From assembly GCA_964608945.1 (NCBI GenBank), contig CAZSQB010000001.1, positions 3,211-67,210 on the forward strand: a stretch of 64,000 nt of DNA, read 5' to 3'. This DNA is from an uncultured Gammaproteobacteria bacterium (GTDB lineage Bacteria > Patescibacteriota > Microgenomatia > Levybacterales > UBA12049). Positions 49,922 through 58,937 of this stretch are shown in pieces (position 1 is the stretch's first letter; the number at the start of each line of letters is the position of its first letter). The notes below the pieces were generated by a model. The model was not told the origin of the DNA and made no database searches. It saw only the letters and a program-made list of their open reading frames with translations. Made by a program: the position numbers and the translations under genes.

Positions 49922-50871
49922 AGTTGCTGGAAATTTATAGAAAGCTTTATCTTATTCGGAGGAGCGAAGAATTGATTATTAAGCATTATAAAGAAAATGA
50001 AATGAAGACGCCCATGCATATGTCCATGGGTGAAGAAGCCATTGTAGTAGGAGTAGTCGCGGCTCTTCAAAAAAGAGATCAGGTGTTTGGTACTTATAGA
50101 AGTCATGGTTTATATCTGGCGAAGACCGATGATACGGATAAATTTTTTGCCGAACTTTACGGTAAGGTGACCGGTAGCGCTCGCGGAAGGGCGGGGTCAA
50201 TGCATCTTGCCTCGCCCAAGAATTGGATGATGCTTACCTCCGCAGTAGTAGGAACAACCATTCCCGCCGCAGTCGGAGCAGCACTGGCAAATAAATTTCT
50301 AAAGAACCAAAAGGTGGTTGCCTCATTTTTCGGCGATGGTGCGCTTAATGAGGGTGTTTTTTGGGAGAGTTTGAATTTCGCCTGCCTTAAAAAACTGCCA
50401 GTTCTTTTTGTATGCGAAGACAATAATTTTGCTATACACTCGCCAGTTGGCGAGCGCATAGGATATAAATCCATAGTGCAGGTGGTGTCGCAATTCTACT
50501 GTCATGTAGCTGGCAGTGATACTACCGACGTCTTTGAGATTTGTAGGGAAACTTCCGAGATGATTAAGAAAATGAAACAGACCGGCAAGCCGGGATTTCT
50601 TCACTTAAAATACTATCGGTATCTTGAGCATGTAGGCGTGGAGGAGGATTTTCATTTCGGTTATAGGTCAAGACAGGAATTTTTAAAGTGGAAAAGAGTC
50701 GATCCGCTGCTTGTCGCCCGAAGATATTTACTTCGCGCCCGCGTGAAAGAAAACGATATAACCGCCGAAGAATTTATTGTTGACCAAAATCTAGCTCAGA
50801 GTCTTAACAAAGCGCGAAAAGCGCCGTATCCAACCGATGCGGAGTTATTTGCTGATATATATGGCTCGTAG
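49918..50871 (+). CDS. TPP-dependent E1-alpha-like subunit
   Basis: HMSMGEEA, YRSHG, GRAGSMH, FGDGA...EDNNFA TPP motif. Confidence 0.9.
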   Translation: MKLLEIYRKLYLIRRSEELIIKHYKENEMKTPMHMSMGEEAIVVGVVAALQKRDQVFGTYRSHGLYLAKTDDTDKFFAELYGKVTGSARGRAGSMHLASPKNWMMLTSAVVGTTIPAAVGAALANKFLKNQKVVASFFGDGALNEGVFWESLNFACLKKLPVLFVCEDNNFAIHSPVGERIGYKSIVQVVSQFYCHVAGSDTTDVFEICRETSEMIKKMKQTGKPGFLHLKYYRYLEHVGVEEDFHFGYRSRQEFLKWKRVDPLLVARRYLLRARVKENDITAEEFIVDQNLAQSLNKARKAPYPTDAELFADIYGS

Positions 50872-51907
50872 AATCATTACCTTTGAAAAAGCGGTTAACG
50901 AAGCTATTTTTTTGGAAATGAAACGCGACAAACGCGTTTTCCTTTTCGGTCTTGACGTAACAGATCATAAGAGAATTTTTGGTACAACTGAGGGGTTGGA
51001 GATATTCGGCAGGAACAGGTTTTTTGGAACGCCGCTTTCTGAGGACGCTATGATCGGCGTCGCGCTCGGAGCGGCGATAACGGGGTTAAGACCAATCCAC
51101 GTTCATATACGCGTTGACTTTCTCCTTTTGGCAATGAATCAACTTATAAATATGGTTGCCACAACGGCCTTTGGCAGCGCTGGAAAGTTAAAAGCACCTC
51201 TGGTTATTAGGGCAATTATTGGGCGCGGATGGGGTCAGGGATTTCAACATTCTAAATCATTGCAATCAGTATTTGCTCATATGCCTGGTCTTAAAGTCGT
51301 AATGCCGTCTCGGCCGTCGGACGCCAAGGGATTATTAATATCGGCAATTCGGGACGATAATCCCGTAATTTTTTTGGAGCATCGATGGCTTTATTGGCTG
51401 CAAGGAGATGTGCCGTCGAATGCATACACCATACCGCTTGGGGAATCGTGCATTTTGAGAGCTGGCCGCGACATTACCATCGTGGCAACATCATGGATGA
51501 ACGTTGAGGCCGCGAAAGCTGCGGAGATTCTTTCACGCATACACGGCGTCGAAGCAGAAATCATTGATGTTAGAACAATATACCCCCTTGACGACGAAGC
51601 AATCGTAAAGTCCGTGATAAAGACAGGTCGCTTAATCGTGGCCGATTACGATTGGGAATTCTGTGGATTTAGCGCCGAAGTTGCAGCACGTGTCGCTGAG
51701 AAATGTTTTAATAAATTGAAGTCACCTGTAAGTAGAATCGCCTTTCCTCATACGTCATGTCCCACCACGCGTCCGCTGGAAAACGCATTTTATCCCAATG
51801 CTGCAACTATCATTCGCGAGGTTGAAAAGAAATTGGGGCTCGCGAGAGCGGACTTGCGAAGCGAGGATTTTTATAGTTGGGAGAATAGGTTTAAAGGACC
51901 TTTTTAA
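50861..51907 (+). CDS. TPP-dependent E1-beta/transketolase C-terminal-like subunit
   Basis: TPLSE, GLRPI, QHSKS, PGLKVVMP, DDNPVIFLEHR, IDVRTIYPLD; start 50861 (MARRII). Confidence 0.9.
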   Translation: MARRIITFEKAVNEAIFLEMKRDKRVFLFGLDVTDHKRIFGTTEGLEIFGRNRFFGTPLSEDAMIGVALGAAITGLRPIHVHIRVDFLLLAMNQLINMVATTAFGSAGKLKAPLVIRAIIGRGWGQGFQHSKSLQSVFAHMPGLKVVMPSRPSDAKGLLISAIRDDNPVIFLEHRWLYWLQGDVPSNAYTIPLGESCILRAGRDITIVATSWMNVEAAKAAEILSRIHGVEAEIIDVRTIYPLDDEAIVKSVIKTGRLIVADYDWEFCGFSAEVAARVAEKCFNKLKSPVSRIAFPHTSCPTTRPLENAFYPNAATIIREVEKKLGLARADLRSEDFYSWENRFKGPF

Positions 51908-51908
51908 A

Positions 51909-53096
51909 ATGAAAAAATTAAACTGGCCACTCATGAAAAAAAATATTTTAAGGGAAGATTTAGATGCTGTTGTAAAATTTCTTAAAGCTAAAGATGATCT
52001 AATTCTTACCCAATCTAAGAATGTGCGAAAATTTGAAGAAGAATGGTCCAAGTGGCTAGGGGTCAAATACAGTGTTTTAGTTAACTCCGGTGCATCAGCC
52101 AATCTTTTAAGCATCTTAGCAATTCGGCAAATGTATGGTTTGGGTGAGATAATTGTTCCTCCGTTAACTTGGGTATCTGATATTGCATCTGTTATCCAGT
52201 GTGGTTTCAAACCAGTGTTTGTGGATATCAATCCAAGGACACTTGGGATGGATAATGAGCTAGTTTTGAGAAAAATTACCCGTAATACAAAGGCTGTTTT
52301 TTTGACCCATATCTTAGGAATAAACGGCCTCAGTCAAAAATTGTTGGACGAATTGCGCGCAAAAAAAATTCCGCTTGTTGAAGACGTTTGTGAATCATAC
52401 GGAGCAACTTTTAAAGGAAAAAAGCTAGGCACATTTGGCCTTATATCAAATTTTTCTTTCTACTATGCTCATCATATGAGTAGTATTGAAGGAGGAATGA
52501 TTTCCACAAATGATCCTGACATATACGAGATGATCCGTATGGGGCGTAGCCATGGAATGGTACGTGAGGCTGATTCGGAGTCACTAAAAAAATCTTATCA
52601 AAAAAAATATCCTGATCTAAATCCAGATTTTATATTTGCATTTCCAGCATATAATATGCGCTCTACTGAAATAAATGCTGTCATAGGATTATCTCAACTT
52701 CGAAGGCTTTCTAAAAACAATAAAATTCGTTCAAAAAATTTAAAAATATTTTTATCAAATCTGAATCCTAACATATACCAAACAGACTTTGAGACCCGCG
52801 GTAGTTGTAACTATGCATTTGTTTTAGTTCTGAAACAACCTAGTCCCTTACTTGCAAAGAAAGTTATGAGGACGCTTAACGCTTATGGTGTCGAGTTTCG
52901 TAGGGGAACTTCAGGTGGAGGAAATCAGTTAAGGCAACCCTATTTAAGAAAGATTGTTGGCGATAAAGAGTATAAAAAATATCCAAATGTTGAGCATATA
53001 CACTTTTATGGCCTTTATATTGGTAACTACCCTACCTTAGAAGAGAAGAAAATTTACAAGTTGTGCGATGTTCTAAATAATCTTAAGAAGTCGTAG
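51909..53096 (+). CDS. Second PLP-dependent 3-dehydratase (ColD-like)
   Basis: VNSGASAN, EDVCES, SFYYAHHMSSIEGG (His at the lysine position), RSHG, YIGN; start 51909. Confidence 0.75.
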   Translation: MKKLNWPLMKKNILREDLDAVVKFLKAKDDLILTQSKNVRKFEEEWSKWLGVKYSVLVNSGASANLLSILAIRQMYGLGEIIVPPLTWVSDIASVIQCGFKPVFVDINPRTLGMDNELVLRKITRNTKAVFLTHILGINGLSQKLLDELRAKKIPLVEDVCESYGATFKGKKLGTFGLISNFSFYYAHHMSSIEGGMISTNDPDIYEMIRMGRSHGMVREADSESLKKSYQKKYPDLNPDFIFAFPAYNMRSTEINAVIGLSQLRRLSKNNKIRSKNLKIFLSNLNPNIYQTDFETRGSCNYAFVLVLKQPSPLLAKKVMRTLNAYGVEFRRGTSGGGNQLRQPYLRKIVGDKEYKKYPNVEHIHFYGLYIGNYPTLEEKKIYKLCDVLNNLKKS

Positions 53097-53097
53097 C

Positions 53098-54051
53098 ATG
53101 AAAAAGAATAAAGTCTTAGTTTGCGGAGCCAGTGGATTCATTGGTCGCAATATTGCAGAAAGGCTAGGTAAACGCCCTGATATGAAGGTTTATGGAACCT
53201 ATTTTGAAACAAAGCCCAGTATAAAAGGTATTTCTTTGATTAGAGTTGATTTAACAAATAAATCAGAAGTTAGCCAAATTGTCAGGGGTATGGATATTGT
53301 AATCCAGGCGGCTGCAGTAACCTCAGGATCAAAAGATATTGTTACAAAACCATACATTCATGTTACAGATAATGCTATTATGAATAGCCTAATTTTTAAG
53401 TCATGCTTTGATAATCGCGTTAAACATGTTGTATTTTTTAGTTGCACAGTAATGTATCCAAGCAAAAATAATCCTGTAAAAGAGGAGGATTTTAATTATG
53501 AAATTACGGATAAATATTTCGGTGTTGGATGGACAAAAGTATATTTGGAAAAGATGTGTGAGTTCTACTCAAGGATTGGTAATACAAAATATACGGCCAT
53601 AAGACACACAAATATTTATGGTCCCTTTGATAAATACGACTTAGATAAATCTCATTTTTTTGGAGCAACAATAACTAAGGTTTTACGAGCCCGCGATAAC
53701 GAGATTGTTATTTGGGGAGACGGATCTGAAGAAAGAGATCTACTTTATGTTTCAGATTTAGTCGATTTTATTGAGATAGTTTTAAAAAAACAAAAAGAAC
53801 CATTCGAGTTAATTAACATAGGACTAGGAAAGAGTTTTTCTGTAAAAGATGTGATAGGCAAAATTATTGAAATTTCCGGTAAAAATAAAAGCATGGAATT
53901 TGACACCTCAAAGCCCACAATTAAATTTAATTTGGCTGTTAATATTGAGAAAGCACGAAAAAAATATAACTTTAGACCAAAGATTTCTCTTGAAAAAGGA
54001 ATAAAAAAAACAATATCTTGGTATAAGAAAAGCTTTTTAGAAAAAAAATAA
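53098..54051 (+). CDS. GDP-fucose-synthase (Fcl)-like SDR with atypical active site
   Basis: GASGFIG, FSCTVMYP, NIYGPFD, SH, IWGDGSEERD. Confidence 0.75.
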   Translation: MKKNKVLVCGASGFIGRNIAERLGKRPDMKVYGTYFETKPSIKGISLIRVDLTNKSEVSQIVRGMDIVIQAAAVTSGSKDIVTKPYIHVTDNAIMNSLIFKSCFDNRVKHVVFFSCTVMYPSKNNPVKEEDFNYEITDKYFGVGWTKVYLEKMCEFYSRIGNTKYTAIRHTNIYGPFDKYDLDKSHFFGATITKVLRARDNEIVIWGDGSEERDLLYVSDLVDFIEIVLKKQKEPFELINIGLGKSFSVKDVIGKIIEISGKNKSMEFDTSKPTIKFNLAVNIEKARKKYNFRPKISLEKGIKKTISWYKKSFLEKK

Positions 54052-55074
54052 ATGAGAAATACCAAACACAACTTCTATAGAGGTAAAAATGTACTTGTTA
54101 CCGGTGGGACTGGTTTAATAGGAAGACCCTTGGTGGAAATGCTTATTGAGGCCCAAGCTAAGGTAAGGGTTGTTTCTTTGGATGCTCCCTCAAGAGCCCA
54201 TCCTGCGGCGGAATTTTTAAGGTTGGATCTTACTGATGTCAATAATTGCCTAAAAGCTGCTCGGGGAATGAATTACGTGTTTCACCTTGCTGGTATAAAA
54301 GGGTCTCCGAAAATGACCAAAGAGCGTCCAGCAAGTTTCTTTGTCCCGACAATTCTTTTCAATACCAATATGATGGAGGCGGCAAGGCGAACAGGCGTCA
54401 AACACTATCTTTATACAAGTACTATTGGGGTATATGCTCCGGCCGAAGTATTTTATGAAGATGATGTATGGAAGAGTTTTCCTTCTGAAAATGACAAATT
54501 TGCTGGATGGGCAAAGCGTATGGGAGAACTTCAGGCGCAGGCATATAGAATAGAATACGGCTGGAATAAGATTTCCATTTTGAGACCTGCGAATGTGTAC
54601 GGACCTTACGACAACTTTGATCCGGAAAACGCCATGGTAATACCTTCAATCATCGCGCGCTCGCTTGGCGGAGAAAATCCGCTCGTGGTATGGGGTGACG
54701 GAACGCCTATTCGCGATTTCATTCATGCCAAAGACGTAGCGCGAGGAATGATGATGGCTATTGAAAAACGAGTTAATGTCCCAGTTAATTTAGGTAGTGG
54801 TACCGGAGTAACAATAAAACAGATTGCAGAAACAATTGCAAAGTTTGTTCCGGGAGAGCCTATTAAAATTGTTTGGGATAAAAGTAAGCCGATGGGTGAC
54901 AAGAAAAGATTGATGGATATAACAAGGGCAAAAAAACTTCTTGGATTTAAGCCAATAATGTCGCTTGATGAGGGAATTAAAGAAACCATAGATTGGTATC
55001 TAAAAAACAAATCTCTATTGAATAAAAGATATAATATTTTCAATGAACCCAAATCTAAAAAGAAAAAAAAGTAA
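54052..55074 (+). CDS. Fcl-like NAD(P)-dependent SDR with atypical active site
   Basis: GGTGLIG, HLAGIKG, RPANVYGPYD, VWGDGTPIRDF, NLGSG. Confidence 0.75.
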   Translation: MRNTKHNFYRGKNVLVTGGTGLIGRPLVEMLIEAQAKVRVVSLDAPSRAHPAAEFLRLDLTDVNNCLKAARGMNYVFHLAGIKGSPKMTKERPASFFVPTILFNTNMMEAARRTGVKHYLYTSTIGVYAPAEVFYEDDVWKSFPSENDKFAGWAKRMGELQAQAYRIEYGWNKISILRPANVYGPYDNFDPENAMVIPSIIARSLGGENPLVVWGDGTPIRDFIHAKDVARGMMMAIEKRVNVPVNLGSGTGVTIKQIAETIAKFVPGEPIKIVWDKSKPMGDKKRLMDITRAKKLLGFKPIMSLDEGIKETIDWYLKNKSLLNKRYNIFNEPKSKKKKK

Positions 55075-55813
55075 TTATTTGATTACCGGTTCTGGAAGTG
55101 GTCTAGGTAAGTATTTTCATGATCAATTAGGGGGGACTTCCTTTAATAGAGATTTTGGGAATGTCGACGAAACAGAAGTACTTATTCATTGCGCTTTTAA
55201 TCTAGCAAGAGAAGTTAATTCCAAAGATCTTTACCAATACCTTCTTGATAATTTTTTTTTAACAAAAAAATTAGCTATAATTCCCCATAAAAAATTTATT
55301 TACGTATCATCAGTGGATGTGTACCCAAAAAATAACAAAAAACATTCTGAAAACGAAATAATAGATGTCAATCAAATATCTGGTTTTTACGGGGTAACCA
55401 AGCTTATGTCAGAAAGCCTAATTCAAAATCTTTGTCCGAACTTTTTGATACTAAGATGCTCAGCACTTCTTGGGAAGGATGCACGCACAAATAGTTTGAA
55501 AAAAATAATAAGAGAAGAGAATCCTACTTTAACTTTATCTTCCGAATCTGTATTCAATTTTATTTTACACAAGGACGTTTTAGAATTTGTAAAGATAGCA
55601 ACTGAAAAAGATCTACAAGGAGTATATAATTTAGTATCATCAGAAAATATCACCCTTTTCCAAATAGCAGAATTACTTGGAAAAAAAGTTAGCTTTGGAA
55701 GTTATATGTACAACGTAGGAGAAATAGATAATAAAAAGGCTTCTTTGGTGGCTTCGTCTTTTAAAAAGACCTCGCGGGAGATAGTAATTGAATTCATGGA
55801 TTTAATATCATGA
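55043..55813 (+). CDS. Short NAD-dependent epimerase/reductase-like SDR
   Basis: TGSGSGLG, IHCA, SSVDVY, YGVTK. Confidence 0.7.
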   Translation: MNPNLKRKKSNYLITGSGSGLGKYFHDQLGGTSFNRDFGNVDETEVLIHCAFNLAREVNSKDLYQYLLDNFFLTKKLAIIPHKKFIYVSSVDVYPKNNKKHSENEIIDVNQISGFYGVTKLMSESLIQNLCPNFLILRCSALLGKDARTNSLKKIIREENPTLTLSSESVFNFILHKDVLEFVKIATEKDLQGVYNLVSSENITLFQIAELLGKKVSFGSYMYNVGEIDNKKASLVASSFKKTSREIVIEFMDLIS

Positions 55814-56472
55814 AAACGACTCTTTTTATCCCAACTTTAAATGAAATAGACGGCATGAAAGCTATCATGCCGCGCGTAAAAAAACAGTGGGTCGATGAAA
55901 TCTTGGTGCTCGACGGCAACTCTTCGGACGGCACGGTAGAATATGCTAAATCACTGGGCTATCGAGTCGTCATGCAAAAATCAAAAGGCATCACAAATGC
56001 TTATCGTGAAGCCTTAAAAATCGCTAAAGGCGACATCATTGTGGCTTTTAGCCCGGATGGAAATTCACTGCCAGAGGTCATACCCGAACTGGTCCGGAAA
56101 ATGAAGGAAGGTTACGACATGGTAATCGCCTCCCGGTACATAGGGGGAGCAAAAAGCGATGATGATGATCCGGTCACGGCTTTCGGTAATTGGATGTTTA
56201 CAACATTAATCAATATAGCTTTTGGTGGGAACTATACGGATTCGCTTGTAATGCTCCGAGCATTTAAGAAAGATATCGTTCAAGAACTTCACATCGATGT
56301 TCCGCGGGCCGGAATGGAACCGATTCTATCGATTCGATGCGCCAAGCAAAAACTAAAAGTCGCCGAAATTCCGGCCTCTGAGCCCAAACGCATTGGCGGC
56401 ACACGCAAGATGAATCCCCTTTTAAACGGCTTGGATATTCTCCGCTTGATCTTTGCGGAGCTGATGCACTAA
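55810..56472 (+). CDS. GT2 DPM1-like polyprenyl-phosphate glycosyltransferase
   Basis: IPTLNE, LDGNSSDGT, SPDGN, DMVIASRY, EPKRIGG. Confidence 0.85.
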   Translation: MKTTLFIPTLNEIDGMKAIMPRVKKQWVDEILVLDGNSSDGTVEYAKSLGYRVVMQKSKGITNAYREALKIAKGDIIVAFSPDGNSLPEVIPELVRKMKEGYDMVIASRYIGGAKSDDDDPVTAFGNWMFTTLINIAFGGNYTDSLVMLRAFKKDIVQELHIDVPRAGMEPILSIRCAKQKLKVAEIPASEPKRIGGTRKMNPLLNGLDILRLIFAELMH

Positions 56473-56552
56473 CCCAGACGCAGAAAAAATTCTAATCTGT
56501 GCCGCCGCCGCTATGTATTGCGCATTTCCAATTTTTAGGTATAATGATCCAA

Positions 56553-58937
56553 TTGGAGATTATAGGTTTAAGGAAATTAAAAAGGGCAAACAAAATTCTT
56601 GCTTTGATCGAGAATCGGCCATGGATTGTTTTTGTCGCGCTTTTAGTAGTCATCCTCTTTTTATTCCGCGGACTTTTTAATTCGTATTTTGAAGCGGATG
56701 AATGGTTTCATTTTACATATTACTTTCCGCTTACAAAAAGACCCGATGGGTTTTTAACAGCAATAATATCGACAATTATTAACTCGGGTCCCTTATCCGC
56801 GGGACAACATGTTGTTCCCGTTGCTTCCGCAATATATTTCCTGAATACAAAATTTTTTGGCATGAATTATGCACCTTATGCGTTTATGTCTTTGTCTCTT
56901 CATGCAGTAAATAGCTTTTTGGTATTCGTATTTATAAAAACTTTGTTACATAGAAAAGATATAATAACTAAAAATGTTTTCGCGCTTCTAGGCGCTGTTT
57001 TTTTTGCTCTTTCTCCACAGCATTCTCATACAATAACAGGCGCAGCCCCGTTTTACGGTCAGAATATTTTGTCTGTGACCTTTTTCCTATTATGTATTAT
57101 TTCATTTAAGCTTGCATATCTTCGTGAAAATAAAAAATTCATATACCTTTCTATACTTTTTCTTTTCTTATCACTTTTCACTAAGGAAACGGCAGTCTTT
57201 CTTTTTGTGCTCCTTCCGTTTATGGCTATAATCGAAAAAAAGGGTCTGCCTGCCAGCAGGCCCCGCACCGCTCTGGTGCAGGGCAGGCAGGTTTTTCCTC
57301 TGAAATTTTTAGGTAAACTGTTCATCCTAAGTTTAATTATATATGCGACATTTAGATTTTTAGTTCCGAATATTTATTATGGTGTTGGCCCGCTTGTTGA
57401 CAAACTAGTTGGAAATTATGTTTCGTCATCACTTCCGTCTTGGCAACAGCAGTCGCGCGAAACACCAAAAGTTCCTGATACTGGAACAATTGTTAGCACC
57501 GATCTTTCGATTCACAAGAATCTTCTGGGAGAAATTTTGTTTCGCAGCGTGACTTTTCCTGTAAAAATGACAGGAACTCTTTTTTTGCCAAGACAAACAG
57601 TATTTTCTATTGTCCAGTTTATTACGCCAATTGTTCAACCTGTGCCGCCTGGTGGAGATAGCGCGGATATGTCTCAAGCCCGACTTACATTTTTGTACGG
57701 TCCGGGAAATGGCTTCATTATTTACATAGTAGGTATTGGTATTATTATTTTTTGTGCAAGAGAGTATTTTAGCTTTGTTCGAGGGAAAAAGATAGAGGAG
57801 GCAAGAACACTCGCAACAGGATTTGCAATGATTGTTTTAAGCTCGCTGCCTTTGGTTGCAATTATATTTTCCTTTCCTCGTTGGGGATATGATTTTTATT
57901 TTGACTCGCGGTTTTATTATAATCCCAATGTCGGCGCGGCTATTATTTTCCCGTTTTTACTCTTGGGTTTTTCGGAGTTTATTTCCAAATCGTTTCAAAA
58001 GAAGACAGTTGTTCCCCTGATAGCTTTTACACTTTTCACTCTTTGGCTGATTAATAATATTGCTGTACTAAATGTAAGTATCAGGTATTTCACCCAGAAT
58101 TTTCAACCGGATCGACGGGAGGTCGTAGAACAGTTGAAAAAATATCTTCCAAGCCTTCCTAAGATTACTGTTTTCTATATTGAAACAGATGGTCTGAGTG
58201 CTTATGGTCCGAGTCTTCCATTTCAGACAGGCGTTGCCCCAGCGCTTAGCGTAGTTTATTATGATAACAACCCCTTACCGAATAGTTTTTTTAATAAACC
58301 ACTTTTTGATGGCAAGAAAGAAGGTTATTTATATTCGCAAGGTCGTGGATTTGGATATTATATATCTAAGAAGACGCTTGCAGAAGCGCTTCTTGCAAGT
58401 AAATTTAAGGTTTCTGATATCCGCGCTTTTTACTATAAAGCACAAGATGTAAAACTTATCGATACAACAGGCGAAGTTAGGGCAGAAATGGATAGCTATC
58501 TTACAGCTGCAAAAGAAAATTCTGATTGGAAAAACTACCTTGATCTTTCAACAGGGTTATCATTTTATTACCCTTCTCAAGCGGATATAGAAGAAGTGCC
58601 GCAAGATAGCGCGCAAAGCACAGCAACGTCGTTTGCAATTATTAGTCCAATATTTACCATAAGAATGACAATTTTCAATGTAACGCCTGCTTTTGCAGTG
58701 AATGAATACTCACAAATTCTGACAAACGGTAAATTAGGTATTGTTAATTCGCGAAAAGTTTCATATGATAAGTTTCATTATAATGACAGCCTAATTGTAA
58801 ATAACAATGGAAAAATTGAGTATTTAATTAAGCTTAATGATAGGTTAATAATAGTTGAAACAGAAAACCAGGACGCTGAGTCAATTTTAGCAGTAGAAAA
58901 GATTGCAGGTTCAGTTGAAATTATTAAGAAAGAATGA
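56553..58937 (+). CDS. GT-C-like membrane glycosyltransferase with C-terminal soluble (PsbP-like) domain
   Basis: YFEADEW loop, SLFTKE, DSRFYY; C-terminal WKNY...GLSFYYP. Start uncertain (56499, 56544 or TTG 56553, which lies 7 nt after TATAAT). Confidence 0.65.
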   Translation: MEIIGLRKLKRANKILALIENRPWIVFVALLVVILFLFRGLFNSYFEADEWFHFTYYFPLTKRPDGFLTAIISTIINSGPLSAGQHVVPVASAIYFLNTKFFGMNYAPYAFMSLSLHAVNSFLVFVFIKTLLHRKDIITKNVFALLGAVFFALSPQHSHTITGAAPFYGQNILSVTFFLLCIISFKLAYLRENKKFIYLSILFLFLSLFTKETAVFLFVLLPFMAIIEKKGLPASRPRTALVQGRQVFPLKFLGKLFILSLIIYATFRFLVPNIYYGVGPLVDKLVGNYVSSSLPSWQQQSRETPKVPDTGTIVSTDLSIHKNLLGEILFRSVTFPVKMTGTLFLPRQTVFSIVQFITPIVQPVPPGGDSADMSQARLTFLYGPGNGFIIYIVGIGIIIFCAREYFSFVRGKKIEEARTLATGFAMIVLSSLPLVAIIFSFPRWGYDFYFDSRFYYNPNVGAAIIFPFLLLGFSEFISKSFQKKTVVPLIAFTLFTLWLINNIAVLNVSIRYFTQNFQPDRREVVEQLKKYLPSLPKITVFYIETDGLSAYGPSLPFQTGVAPALSVVYYDNNPLPNSFFNKPLFDGKKEGYLYSQGRGFGYYISKKTLAEALLASKFKVSDIRAFYYKAQDVKLIDTTGEVRAEMDSYLTAAKENSDWKNYLDLSTGLSFYYPSQADIEEVPQDSAQSTATSFAIISPIFTIRMTIFNVTPAFAVNEYSQILTNGKLGIVNSRKVSYDKFHYNDSLIVNNNGKIEYLIKLNDRLIIVETENQDAESILAVEKIAGSVEIIKKE
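57245..57292. repeat. CCTGCCTGCC-family palindrome carrying a nested 27-bp GCACC/GGTGC hairpin, in-frame
   Basis: TCTGCCTGCCAGCAGGC[CCCGCACCGCTCTGGTGCAGGGCAGGC]AGGT with GCAGGC directly repeated. Confidence 0.8.

Noticed and set aside
49918-51907. Housekeeping pyruvate dehydrogenase pdhA/pdhB
   Set aside because: No E2/E3 genes are adjacent and the pair is translationally coupled within a sugar-nucleotide operon.
26890-55270. A/T homopolymer runs of 8-9 nt as phase-variation tracts
   Set aside because: Expected in AT-rich Lys/Phe codons; all genes are intact and no long G/C tracts were seen.
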